Assembly (NCBI GenBank): GCA_016182485.1
Contig: JACPGH010000002.1
Span: 26,608 to 90,607 of the forward strand
Origin: Candidatus Kaiserbacteria bacterium
Lineage (GTDB): Bacteria > Patescibacteriota > Minisyncoccia > Phycocordibacterales > Phycocordibacteraceae
Direction of reading: 5' to 3'
Length of the DNA stretch: 64,000 nucleotides
Shown: piece by piece, positions 18,532 to 28,163 of the stretch
Layout: every line of letters starts with the position of its first letter
How positions within the stretch are numbered: the first letter of the stretch is position 1
Made by a program: the position numbers and the translations under genes
The notes under the pieces: model-generated
The model's input: the letters and a program-made list of their open reading frames with translations, nothing else
Databases searched by the model: none
Told to the model about the DNA's origin: nothing

Positions 18532-19754
18532 TGCGCTTTATCTTCAGCCAGACGATAAATCGCTTCCGGCATCAATCTTTCGAGGCCTATCTCTTTCAAT
18601 TTGTCGCGCATCCGCAGGAGATCTTCTTTGGTAAGGTCCTTCTTCTCAGTATATTCTTTAGTGATTCGTGCCAGATCCTCTTCTGCCCAGATTGGCATCG
18701 TAAAGCTGACACCGAGCACTTCATCCAAAACCTCTGTTGCGGTTCTTGGTTTATCAACCAAGTCAAGCACTTCAGAGTAAACTTTTCCCTCCTTATACCT
18801 GAGTGCTACCACGGTAGAATCACGCACTGATGTCACAATAAGGGGACTGTGGGTACTTATGACAAATGATGCCTTCGGGAAGGCTTTCAAAAGATCTGAG
18901 AGTATCCTCCTCTGCATAGTCGGGTGTAGATGATTTTCCACCTCGTCAATTACGACAACGAAATTATCACGCTTATCGGTTGAGAACATATGTATTTGCC
19001 AAGCCAAGTCAATCATCGTGCTGATTCCACCTGATGCCGCATCAAGAAGGAACTCTCCACTGTCGCAGCAAAACACTATTTCTTGATCCCGGATCTCAAG
19101 TTTTCTAAAACCAAGACTTTTTGGCAGAACTACCTTAAGTACATTTTCAAAATCACGAAAATGCTGTAATAAATCCTCTCGTCCCGGCATAACTGGGTTC
19201 CCATAACCAAAGATATTCCAAGAAACCAGAATCTCTTTCATATGGTAGCTCGATGGAGCACCGCCGCCACCTGAGTAACGATTGCGTACGCTCTCTGATA
19301 TCCTCAAAAAAGCGTCCTCCTTACTAAAGGTTTGGCGCAGCGGCAGGCTGCCCAGCTGCTGATAATTGAATGTCGACCTGTGCGAGGGGATAAAGAATCC
19401 CTCCACATTTTGCTGCCCCCTTATAGTCAGAGTGTATTGTGCTTGCCCAACCAATGGTGCGTGAAGCACAGCTTTTACATCATCGTCATAGATAATTTCG
19501 CCAACATCGTCGCTTGATTTATCCAAGAGGCCCGAAAACCATTCGAGTGTGGAAGTAAGCAGATTCTTTCTAGGAACAGCAAGGCTCATAGAAGACCAAC
19601 CGAAGTGAGAAGCCAAAATGCTCTTGAGAATTGTGGTTTTCCCACTACCGTTGGCACCGGTAATGATAGTCATCCGCCGATGAAAAGGGATTTCAATATT
19701 CCCAAACTGTTGCCACCCTGTGATTTTCAGTTTCTTAAACATATGTTCAATCAT
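18528..19754 (-). CDS. ptuA: AAA_21/ABC-type ATPase, Septu PtuA-like
   Basis: Walker A is GANGSGKTT, the signature-like motif is ASGGIS, Walker B is VVVIDEVENHLHP, and the H-loop is STHSP. Paired with the HNH gene in a lower-GC region. Confidence 0.65.
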   Translation of the reverse strand: MIEHMFKKLKITGWQQFGNIEIPFHRRMTIITGANGSGKTTILKSILASHFGWSSMSLAVPRKNLLTSTLEWFSGLLDKSSDDVGEIIYDDDVKAVLHAPLVGQAQYTLTIRGQQNVEGFFIPSHRSTFNYQQLGSLPLRQTFSKEDAFLRISESVRNRYSGGGGAPSSYHMKEILVSWNIFGYGNPVMPGREDLLQHFRDFENVLKVVLPKSLGFRKLEIRDQEIVFCCDSGEFLLDAASGGISTMIDLAWQIHMFSTDKRDNFVVVIDEVENHLHPTMQRRILSDLLKAFPKASFVISTHSPLIVTSVRDSTVVALRYKEGKVYSEVLDLVDKPRTATEVLDEVLGVSFTMPIWAEEDLARITKEYTEKKDLTKEDLLRMRDKLKEIGLERLMPEAIYRLAEDKAQ

Positions 19755-19820
19755 TGTAACGCTTTTTAAGAATCCAGTACGCCTTATTTTCTATCGGTTG
19801 GAGTTTGTTTGTCATACAGA

Positions 19821-21401
19821 TTACGACACCCATTCCTCTCTTATTCTCCAATCAGTCCTTGGAAACATACTGAGATTAGAAGCCACCATTGTGCTACGCG
19901 GGTCGTCGAACGAGATCGTGACTGAAAACGATCCGTCAGCGTTACGTTTCGGTCGTGCAGAGGAGGCCTTGCTGTACATTTGATACTTTAATCGTAATTC
20001 GACACCATCGTCTTTCTTTTTGAACTTGTTCATTAGAACATCTATCTCATCAAGTGCAGCTCGAATTGTCTCTGGTTTGTTATCACCTAAGTAGTAGGTA
20101 CCATCATAAAGTGCTGCAGAACCACTTTGATTTTCGATTTTTTCAATCTCCAAGTACTTATTTTTTGACCAAAATGAACGTGAATATTTTTCTCCGTTAA
20201 ATAGTGGCGTATTACTTTTGATAACAAACTCGATTGCTCTATGGCCAGTTGCGTAGATGTAAAACAGACAGCCCTGAACTTCTTTGTCGAGTGTTGCTTG
20301 TTGCGCCTTGTGTTGAAGAGCAGAACTATTTCTCCTGAAGAGTATAGGAAACCAATAACCGATCCGGTTATATCTAGTTCCTCCTTGATCAAACGGTTTT
20401 CCATCAACTTTCCATTCGGTAGCAGCTTCATACGCAGCTAAATCACCGACATTCATTACCACGCCTTCTTCCTCCACCATAATATTTAGTCCCATTGTCC
20501 CCTCGTATTTCTTTCGCTCGAACATCGCATAATTTCCATTCGGGAAATGCATTTTGAATCCAGTAAGACCCTCATCCGGAGTTGACAGGAACTCAAGGAC
20601 TTCGAGGTCACGCATTATTCTGTATTTAGAGCCACTAGCTAGTCCCTTTCGTACTTGCTTATAAGTTATGAAGAACGCTGAATAAAAAGCGAAGCACCGA
20701 GAAAGCATATCTGACAACTTCTCAAGACTGATTGATCTGGCACCAATATCCGCACCTTCAATGATACGGAACTCTTCATCAGAGATCGTGTAGTCGGAAT
20801 GATAAAAGGCATTTCTTACTTCATTGTTGAAGAATCCGTCAATGATCTCCCCGATTCGTTCCTCGCCCGACGCAGCCGCCAATTCTTTTATGTAGCTGAT
20901 CTTTTGTCTTGGATATGGCAAATGTCGTCTTGGGAAAAGGCCTTCGGTTTTCCGTTCGACTGTAACCAAATGATCAAAAGGATACATTTTGTATGGTTGG
21001 TCCATACAACATCGCAGTAAGTTTGTTATGACTTCATATGGAGCTGACATTTCGGTTGAATGGCAGTAGAGAAATAGCGCCATTCTTAGCGCCCTCTTCT
21101 CTTGTCCTTTTCCCATTTTCCGCATCATTTTGCTGAAGTCCATTGCGGTATCTTCTGCTTCTACGAACGCATCCCAATGTCCGTCGGTGATTCCTTCTAC
21201 ACGAAGGATTGTGTAGAGATACGTAAAGCCATTTGTATCGCCAGCACGACTGAACAAATGATTGAAATATTCGAGATATTCATCTGTATATTTAGAGAGT
21301 AGGGTCGTGTCTCGTGCGCGCAACCATTTGCGAATCTTCTTTGTGGGCCAAGTCGCGATGTCTCTCATTTCCATAGCTAAGCCATTATTTTCTGCAAGCA
21401 C
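19821..21401 (-). CDS. hypothetical protein in the defence island (N-terminal helical region with HEPN-like R-x4-H motif VRNAFYH; C-terminal ~300 aa of unknown fold)
   Basis: A long ORF of lower GC, co-oriented with and tightly packed between hsdS and ptuA. I recognise no domain beyond the Rx4H motif. Confidence 0.7.
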   Translation of the reverse strand: MLAENNGLAMEMRDIATWPTKKIRKWLRARDTTLLSKYTDEYLEYFNHLFSRAGDTNGFTYLYTILRVEGITDGHWDAFVEAEDTAMDFSKMMRKMGKGQEKRALRMALFLYCHSTEMSAPYEVITNLLRCCMDQPYKMYPFDHLVTVERKTEGLFPRRHLPYPRQKISYIKELAAASGEERIGEIIDGFFNNEVRNAFYHSDYTISDEEFRIIEGADIGARSISLEKLSDMLSRCFAFYSAFFITYKQVRKGLASGSKYRIMRDLEVLEFLSTPDEGLTGFKMHFPNGNYAMFERKKYEGTMGLNIMVEEEGVVMNVGDLAAYEAATEWKVDGKPFDQGGTRYNRIGYWFPILFRRNSSALQHKAQQATLDKEVQGCLFYIYATGHRAIEFVIKSNTPLFNGEKYSRSFWSKNKYLEIEKIENQSGSAALYDGTYYLGDNKPETIRAALDEIDVLMNKFKKKDDGVELRLKYQMYSKASSARPKRNADGSFSVTISFDDPRSTMVASNLSMFPRTDWRIREEWVS

Positions 21402-22943
21402 TGAATGTTTTCTCGCATTTCTTGGACTTTCTCCACTATCCGTTTCTGCTCAGCGAGAGGAGGGAGCGGCATCGGAATTGGGTAAACACTTATTCCTGAA
21501 ATGACCGGTTGCGCGGAGCCTCGATGGGAGGATCTTAGATTTAAATAATTCAGAACGAGCAAAAAGAACTCCTTATCTAAAAAGTTTTCTGGATAACTAA
21601 CTATAAATGCATTGTCAGTTACCCACGCGTCAGATTCTGTAATATAAGCAGTGCCGCAAAGAGCGCCCACACGCCCTATAACAATCGTTCCCCTTGCTGC
21701 GTTAGAGGATGAGTGACGACCTGCTATGCCATTCCCTCCATAGACGAGATATGGTCCTTCAATGGCCTCGCTAACTTTCAGGGAATCGCCTGAGGATATG
21801 TTCATAACATCTCCAAGGCGAACCCACCTCCACGAAGCTGGGATATTAAATGGCGTGTCTGATGCACTAACAGGAGGAAGAAGTTTTGTTGTTTTGCGTT
21901 TCCGACCGGTGCTTAAGGTCTTTAAGCGCTCTTCTCGAATCTTAAGTAGTAGCTCCTCAGCTGTACCTTCCTTGGCATTTTGCAGGACCAGCTTGCCAGA
22001 CACAGCAAGTGTGAGAACTGCGTTCTCGAGTTCTTTGATATCCGATGGTGATTTTACCAACTCAAATAGATACTGAAGAGGCAGTTTACTGTTGCCATCC
22101 CTGAGATCTCTCATCGCACTTCGTGTAAGACGTGTACGTACTGCGTCTCGTTCTTTCTTTTTCGCCTCTAGCTCGTCAAGGCTGCGCATTACGTCCTTGA
22201 TCTTATCCACCATTCGATCCTGCTCACCAGAAGGCGGTAGAGGTATCTCAATCAGAGGCAATGTGTCGCCATTAAGCGTACGCCCCTTAATGGCATTCGA
22301 CGTTCTTCCGGTTAAATCTAGCGCCGGTAATATATGAAATAAATAGTCTCGTAGAGTTTGGTCAGGACTTATGAACGCTGCAATCGCCTCGTTATGACAC
22401 GCGTCCATCTCTAAAATAGACATCTTACCGATGGTCAGCTTAAAACTAAAAAGCAGGGACCCCAGCGGGGCTTTATAACCACGGAATACTTCCTCCAAAG
22501 CAAGTTCGTTAATGGATTCTTTCGTGGAGTGAATTGTGCTGCCATTTATCAAGTCGGAAATGGAAACCCAAGGAGTGTCTGCGGCTGACCAATACTTGGA
22601 TTCAACGCGCGGCGGTGTTTTCCCCACGCGAAACTCGACGATGTCACCAAGTCGAACCCATTTCCAAGAAACCGGGACCTCAAATGGTACCTCTGTCTGA
22701 TCGACAGGTAATAAAGATTCTTTTCTGCGTCTTCGACCATTCTCGGCAACACCCCGCTGCAATCGTTCACTCTGAATCTTCGCATAGAGCTCTTCTCCCG
22801 TGCCTTCCTTCGGGTCGTGCGGAACTAGCCGTCCAGAGACGGCAAGGGTGAGGACTGCTTTACGAAGACGCTCTATGCCGTCAGGCAACTCTAGAAAGTC
22901 ATCTAGGTTTGCGACGATTGTACGTACATCATTTAGTTCCATT
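21377..22943 (-). CDS. hsdS: type I restriction-modification system specificity subunit
   Basis: Two target-recognition domains are separated by conserved coiled regions (LAVSGRLV...; LAVSGKLV...). The MELNDVRTIV start is preferred. It overlaps hsdM. Confidence 0.85.
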
Positions 22944-24374
22944 GTGCGAGAGGGCGCCCTCCAAAAGCGCTCTGATTTTATCCAGTGCTTTCTTGGTTTC
23001 CTCCTGCTTGGTGCGATAGGTAGCAAGAAGCTCTTCAGGGGATTCGACCAATTCCTTCGGGGCACGAGGATTTTTAATATCAAGGTTGTAGTTCCTTGCC
23101 CGGATCTCGTCGATGGATACTTTCCACGCCTGTCCGTTTTCTTCGCGATTGTTCCACCACACCTTTTCCGGCGCGAACTCATCAACGCTCATAGGATTCG
23201 TCATCGAGTAAGCCTTCTGTCCTTTCGGCAGCGGATGCTCGTAGTACCAGATCTCTTTGGTCGGCTCGCCCTTGGTAAAGAAGAGGAGATTCGTGGCTAT
23301 ACTGGTGTAAGGAGCGAAAACGCTCTTGGGTAAGCGTACGATGGTATGCAAATTACACTCCTCGAGGAGCATCTTCTTGAGTGCGGTTTTCATTCCTTCG
23401 CCAAAGAGAGTGCCGTCGGGTAGAACAACGCCGCAGCGGCCGTACTTCTTGAGCAATCGTACGATAAGCACGAGAAAGAGATCTGCTGTCTCTCGCGTTT
23501 GAAACTCGGTCGGGAAGTTCTTCTCGACGCCCGGCTCCTCTGTGCCGCCGAAGGGAGGATTGGTAACTATGCAGTCGATGCGGTCAGCGTCTGTATAGTC
23601 GCGCAGCGGCTTCTCGAGCATATTGCCGCGGCGCATTGTGACTGGCTCCTCAATGCCGTGGAGCATCATATTCGTGATGAGGAGCATATACGGGAGCGGC
23701 TTCTTCTCCACGCCGTGAATGCTTTGCTGGATTTTCGCTTCGTCTTTGACGGTCTTTACTTGTTTACGGAGGTGCTCAAGCGAGTTTACGAGGAATCCGC
23801 CGGTGCCGGCTGCCGGGTCAAACACCGATTCGCCAACCTTCGGGTCAATCATCTCAACAATGAATTGGGTAACGGCGCGAGGCGTATATAGCTCGCCGTA
23901 GTTCTTTGCGCTCTGAAGGCTCTTAAGAAGACGCTCATAGACCTCGTTGAAAGCGTGCCGATCCTTTGAGGTATTGAAGTCGATCTCGTTCACCTTGTTG
24001 ATGACTTGCTTCAGTAGCGTTCCCTTGCGCATAAAGTTGTTCACGTCTTGGAACGCCATACGCGTAAGCTCTGTACGCTGATTACCATTAGTCGGTAGTG
24101 CACGCAGAGCAGGAATTAGGTCTCCGTTTACGAAAGCAACCAACTGCTCACCGGTCAGCCCATCAAGCGGAGCGGCCCACGTGCGCCACTGATACTCTTT
24201 CGGCAGTGTTGGTGTATATTTTTCCTTCCGTATCTCCAGAGCCCTATCTTCGTCGTCAAGGATCTTCAAATAGATGAGCCAAACGAGTTGCGAGAGGCGT
24301 TGCGCATCTCCGTCTACGCCGATGTCTTGGCGCATTATGTCCTGTATGGCTTTGATGGTAGCGGGGGTGAACAT
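22929..24374 (-). CDS. hsdM: type I restriction-modification system DNA methyltransferase subunit
   Basis: Carries the NPPFGG motif, an AdoMet-binding DPAAGTGGFL motif and an N-terminal HsdM domain. Confidence 0.9.
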   Translation of the reverse strand: MFTPATIKAIQDIMRQDIGVDGDAQRLSQLVWLIYLKILDDEDRALEIRKEKYTPTLPKEYQWRTWAAPLDGLTGEQLVAFVNGDLIPALRALPTNGNQRTELTRMAFQDVNNFMRKGTLLKQVINKVNEIDFNTSKDRHAFNEVYERLLKSLQSAKNYGELYTPRAVTQFIVEMIDPKVGESVFDPAAGTGGFLVNSLEHLRKQVKTVKDEAKIQQSIHGVEKKPLPYMLLITNMMLHGIEEPVTMRRGNMLEKPLRDYTDADRIDCIVTNPPFGGTEEPGVEKNFPTEFQTRETADLFLVLIVRLLKKYGRCGVVLPDGTLFGEGMKTALKKMLLEECNLHTIVRLPKSVFAPYTSIATNLLFFTKGEPTKEIWYYEHPLPKGQKAYSMTNPMSVDEFAPEKVWWNNREENGQAWKVSIDEIRARNYNLDIKNPRAPKELVESPEELLATYRTKQEETKKALDKIRALLEGALSHNGTK

Positions 24375-24377
24375 ACG

Positions 24378-24527
24378 TTAGACGATATAGACATTATCGA
24401 GGAGTTCATCCAGCATCCGGAGATATTCATCCTTACCGCCAAAAAGAGAGACGAGTTCGTAATCCGTACCGAGAGAACGAATCGGCTCGAGAGTAAGAAC
24501 ACGTACGCTTTCAATATCCTTGAGAGG
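24378..24527 (-). pseudogene. hsdR: displaced C-terminal segment of hsdR in the +1 frame
   Basis: The alternate frame encodes PLKDIESVRVLTLEPIRSLGTDYELVSLFGGKDEYLRMLDELLDNVYIV* (a typical HsdR tail, FGG...Y). It stops 4 nt before the hsdM start. Confidence 0.6.
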
Positions 24528-26718
24528 CTACGTGCATAATGAGGTCGAACAGATCGAACTCACCACCTACTTGTTTCTGGAGCTCCTCAAGGGGGATTCC
24601 CGTGGCGTCGAGCTGGTCGATGATAGCTTGCCTGCGTTCGGCGGACTGCCAAGCCGTAAAGAAGCTCTCGAGGGTCGGATAGTGATTGAGAATATTCTTG
24701 CGCGTGAAGTCGGTCAGGGATTCGGTTATGAGCTTGCCGTCGGCACCCAAATACTGCACCTGTTCCTTTACGATGGCATAGGGAACGCCGCTTATCGTAT
24801 ATACCGGCGGCCGCCCGATAGGACCTCCTTCTCCGGGACCTGTGATGATCACATCCACGAGCTCGTCTTCCTTTTCTTTTACTTCGATTGGCTCATCTGT
24901 CGGATCTAGCTCTTTCAACACACAGTCGATGTCGTCGTTCTCTCCCACTTCAAACACGCGCTCAGGCACTCCGTCGAATCCGGGGTCAGCGAAAAGTTTC
25001 GTTACGCCCTGAAAATCCATTACCGTGAACCACATTTTGCCTTTATCCTCGCGCACGCGCGTGCCGCGGCCGATGATCTGCTTGAACTCGGTCATACTCT
25101 CAATCGGCTTGTCCAAGACGACGAGCTTGCAGGTTTGTGCATCCACGCCAGTCGAAAGAAGTTGCGAGGTCGTCGCGATTGTCGGGAAGCGCTCTTCCGG
25201 GTCAATGAAGCGGTCAAGCTGATTCTTGCCCTCCTCGTCGTCTCCGGTGATGCGCATTACGTAGCGCACGTTCTCCCGAGCGCGGTCGCCGCCCGCGTTC
25301 ACGAGCGCAGAGCGCATTCGCTCGGCGTGTTCGGTGGTACGACAGAAGACGATAGTCTTTGCGAACGGATCGTCAATCGCGTCCAAGTACTCGATTATCT
25401 TCTTGGCTACCAGCTCATCGCGCTGCGGGAAAATGACCGACTTGTTCACATCGCGAAGCTCATAAATGCGGTCTTCTACAGCATTCCCTTTATCATCCAG
25501 CGTCCCCGGAGAAGGTCGCCATCCGGTAATGTCGTTATCAAGAAGCACACGGAGCACCTTATAGGGAGCAAGGAATCCATCGTCAATCCCTTGTTTCAAT
25601 GAGTATGTGTAAATGGAATCTCCGAAATAATGAGTGGTACTGGTGTCAGTCGTCTCTTTCGGGGTCGCGGTCAGACCGAGGTGAGCTGCGCTCGTGAAGT
25701 GTTCAAGCACCTCGTGCCACTCACTATCAAGTGAGGCACTGCCGCGATGGCATTCATCTACAATAATGAGGTCGAAGAAGTCGGCGGGAAGTCTCTTATA
25801 AAGCTTATCCGGTTCTGTTGGTCCGCTCATAGCCTGATACAGACCGAGGAATATCTGATGCGACATCAGCTTGCCTAGATCGTCGAAGTCGGAGCGAGAT
25901 ATTTTTGTAAGCGCCTCACCGAAATGCTTCAGATCATTTATACGAGCCTGATCAACAAGGATGTTGCGGTCTGCGAGAAAGAGGACGCGCTTTGCGTTTC
26001 CAGACTTCCACAAGCGCCACATAATCTGAGCTGCGGTGTAGGTCTTACCCGTGCCCGTGGCCATAACGAGTAGAAGGCGTCTGCCGCCACGCGCGAAAGC
26101 TTCAACAGCTCGGTCAACGGCGATGCGCTGGTAGTAGCGAGCAAGTTTTATCCCGTCGCCATAGTATTCAGTCTCGACCGCTGAACGTACGGCCGTATTG
26201 TCGCCCTTCCACGCGAGATACCGCGCGTGAAGCTCTGCTGGTGCTGGGAAAGAATCAAGCTCGATCTTCTGTTCTGTCGAGGCAGATTGCCCTGTGCGAT
26301 CGTGAAAGAGGAACGCTTCGCCGTTCGTTGAAAATACAAAAGGCACCTCAAGTGCCGCAGCATAGCCAAGTGCCTGCTGCATACCCGCGCCGAGCGGTTT
26401 GCCGATGTGTTTCGCTTCCACTACGGCGAGAGGCATATTCGGCCGGTGTTCAAGCAGAAAATCGACCTTCTTCCGGTCCCCGCGCTTTACTGTTTTTCCG
26501 CTAACGTGAATACGCCCCTCTGTATAGGCGTACTCTTCCCGTATCTGAGTGTCAGCCCATCCCGAACGCACGATCGCCGGCCTAATCAGGCGATTCCGTG
26601 TTTCTTCCTCGTTTGCGGGTTCTGTGGGCAAGATAAGGCGTATTTTCCCACATTTTTCGTCTTCATTCAATGCTAATAAAAGCGTACTCCGAAATGTCCT
26701 AAGCAGCGATTCTGACAT
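24511..26718 (-). CDS. hsdR: type I restriction enzyme R subunit (frameshifted near C-terminus)
   Basis: It has the N-terminal nuclease domain (VVEAKHIGKPL), SF2 helicase motifs (ATGTGKT, DECHR) and the C-terminal EFDLFDLI motif. Length is only 735 aa. The C-terminus continues in another frame. Confidence 0.85.
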   Translation of the reverse strand: MSESLLRTFRSTLLLALNEDEKCGKIRLILPTEPANEEETRNRLIRPAIVRSGWADTQIREEYAYTEGRIHVSGKTVKRGDRKKVDFLLEHRPNMPLAVVEAKHIGKPLGAGMQQALGYAAALEVPFVFSTNGEAFLFHDRTGQSASTEQKIELDSFPAPAELHARYLAWKGDNTAVRSAVETEYYGDGIKLARYYQRIAVDRAVEAFARGGRRLLLVMATGTGKTYTAAQIMWRLWKSGNAKRVLFLADRNILVDQARINDLKHFGEALTKISRSDFDDLGKLMSHQIFLGLYQAMSGPTEPDKLYKRLPADFFDLIIVDECHRGSASLDSEWHEVLEHFTSAAHLGLTATPKETTDTSTTHYFGDSIYTYSLKQGIDDGFLAPYKVLRVLLDNDITGWRPSPGTLDDKGNAVEDRIYELRDVNKSVIFPQRDELVAKKIIEYLDAIDDPFAKTIVFCRTTEHAERMRSALVNAGGDRARENVRYVMRITGDDEEGKNQLDRFIDPEERFPTIATTSQLLSTGVDAQTCKLVVLDKPIESMTEFKQIIGRGTRVREDKGKMWFTVMDFQGVTKLFADPGFDGVPERVFEVGENDDIDCVLKELDPTDEPIEVKEKEDELVDVIITGPGEGGPIGRPPVYTISGVPYAIVKEQVQYLGADGKLITESLTDFTRKNILNHYPTLESFFTAWQSAERRQAIIDQLDATGIPLEELQKQVGGEFDLFDLIMHVASQGY

Positions 26719-26743
26719 CGCGAATCACGCGGAGCCATTTCGT

Positions 26744-26979
26744 CTATGCAACGCGTATTTCGAGATCTTTGATATGTCGTGCTTGGTCGTCAAGTTCAGG
26801 TCGGACAACCTGGTCTATGCGTTGATGCACTTCATGCACGGCTGTTTCCAACTTATCCATGCGGCCTTCAAGTCTATCAAACCGTTTATCAACCTCGTCG
26901 AACCGCTCGTTCATTGCCGAGAATCCGTCCGCTACCATACGCGCAAGGCTATCAATATCATTTTCTTGCTCCTTGGCCA
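26744..26979 (-). CDS. small coiled-coil protein leading the hsdRMS array
   Basis: MAKEQENDIDSLARMVADGF...DKLETAVHEVHQRIDQ. Length 78 aa. It sits directly upstream of hsdR on the same strand. Confidence 0.5.
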
Positions 26980-26987
26980 TTGCCCAT

Positions 26988-27192
26988 AGCTTACCACGAC
27001 AACCACGACCACCCTCACCGAAGCGCAGAAAATATACGATACCAATACAGACAACCGCATCGACGTGCTCGACTTCAATGCGCTCATCGTGCATTGGGGC
27101 GAGACGGGGGCGAATGCCGTTGCCGACTTCGACAAAAACGGAGTCGTGGACGTGTTCGACTTCAATTCATTAATGGTGCACTGGACCGCGTA
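26988..27192 (+). pseudogene. orphan dockerin-domain fragment (C-terminal piece of a truncated gene)
   Basis: The frame opens after a stop at about 26985 with no plausible start. It encodes a T-rich linker plus two dockerin-type Ca-binding repeats (DTNTDNRIDVLDFNALIVHW; DFDKNGVVDVFDFNSLMVHW). Confidence 0.5.
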
Positions 27193-27226
27193 ACCCCGTT
27201 AGAAATATAAGATTACATAAACAACT

Positions 27227-27988
27227 ATGAACACACAACCGAAAAAAATTTCTAACGGGGTGAAAAAGATACTTCTTGCATCCGCATTACTCGCAGCTCT
27301 CGTCCCTGTCGCCGCATTCGCTTCATCTATAACGCTTGCACCCGCGTCGGTTGCGACAACTGAAGGCAAGTCCTTTAGCGTCGCGGTCGCCGTAGATCCA
27401 GCTTCGGGGAAGGCGTACACGGCGCGCGCGAATCTCTCCTTCGACCCGTCGGCAGTAACTCTCGTCGGCTTTTCCTTCGCGCCGAAATGGATGCAGCTGC
27501 CTCAGGAAGGTTATGACCTCGAAGATAATGCCGGAGGCAAGCTCGCGAAGACGGGCGGCTATCCCGGAGGCATTACGACAGCCACAGTCCTTGGCACGGC
27601 TACGTTCCGCGCCAAGACCACTGGCGTTACGACCATCTCGGCAACGGGGGATTCGCTCATCCTAGATGCCAGCAATCAAAACGCGGTTTCCGGAGCGCAA
27701 GGCTCGGTGCGGGTTTCTATAGCGGCCGTGCCGGTCGCGCCGCAGCCCGCAGCGTCTACAGAAACCGCGCCCATTGTCTCGACTGCCGAAGCGGTGCCCG
27801 CCACCACGACGCTCGATCTGGCAGAAGCAGTCACCGAAGCTGGCACCGCAGTAGCGCTCTCGCCGCTCGATTCCTTTCTCACTCTCGGCACGGGCAGCGC
27901 CGCAGTCGCCTCGCTCGTAACGCTTATCGTCCTTCTCGTCGTTGGCGCTGGCATCTGGCTCTGGCGCCGCGAACGGGCTCGGTATTAA
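27227..27988 (+). CDS. cohesin-domain protein with signal peptide and C-terminal TM anchor
   Basis: Has a signal peptide, a cohesin-like beta-sandwich (SITLAPASVATTEGKSFSVAVAVD...YTARANLSFDPSAVTLVGFSF), an Ala/Thr/Pro linker and a TM helix with an RRERARY tail. Confidence 0.65.
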   Translation: MNTQPKKISNGVKKILLASALLAALVPVAAFASSITLAPASVATTEGKSFSVAVAVDPASGKAYTARANLSFDPSAVTLVGFSFAPKWMQLPQEGYDLEDNAGGKLAKTGGYPGGITTATVLGTATFRAKTTGVTTISATGDSLILDASNQNAVSGAQGSVRVSIAAVPVAPQPAASTETAPIVSTAEAVPATTTLDLAEAVTEAGTAVALSPLDSFLTLGTGSAAVASLVTLIVLLVVGAGIWLWRRERARY

Positions 27989-28007
27989 TTTCGACCTCCG
28001 TCGCTCT

Positions 28008-28071
28008 TGTGAAGGTCAGACCTTCACAAGCTGTGAATCTGCAATGTCTTCTGTGAAGGTCAGACCTTCAC
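28008..28071. repeat. paired 21-bp palindromes TGTGAAGGTCAGACCTTCAC(A/G) x2 with 23-nt spacer (locus 2)
   Basis: Palindromes at 28008..28028 and 28052..28071. The spacer is AGCTGTGAATCTGCAATGTCTTC. Confidence 0.85.
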
Positions 28072-28163
28072 GACAAGGGGCCGTGTATCTTGACAAGCTT
28101 TATTAATTAGTATATATACCAGACCAGAGTGCGATCGTACAACCTCAATGCAAGGAGGCCATC

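Noticed and set aside
17889-26990. Flanking direct repeats or att sites and an integrase for the defence island
   Set aside because: I found no convincing direct repeats at the boundaries and no recombinase gene within the window. The island status rests on composition and gene content only.
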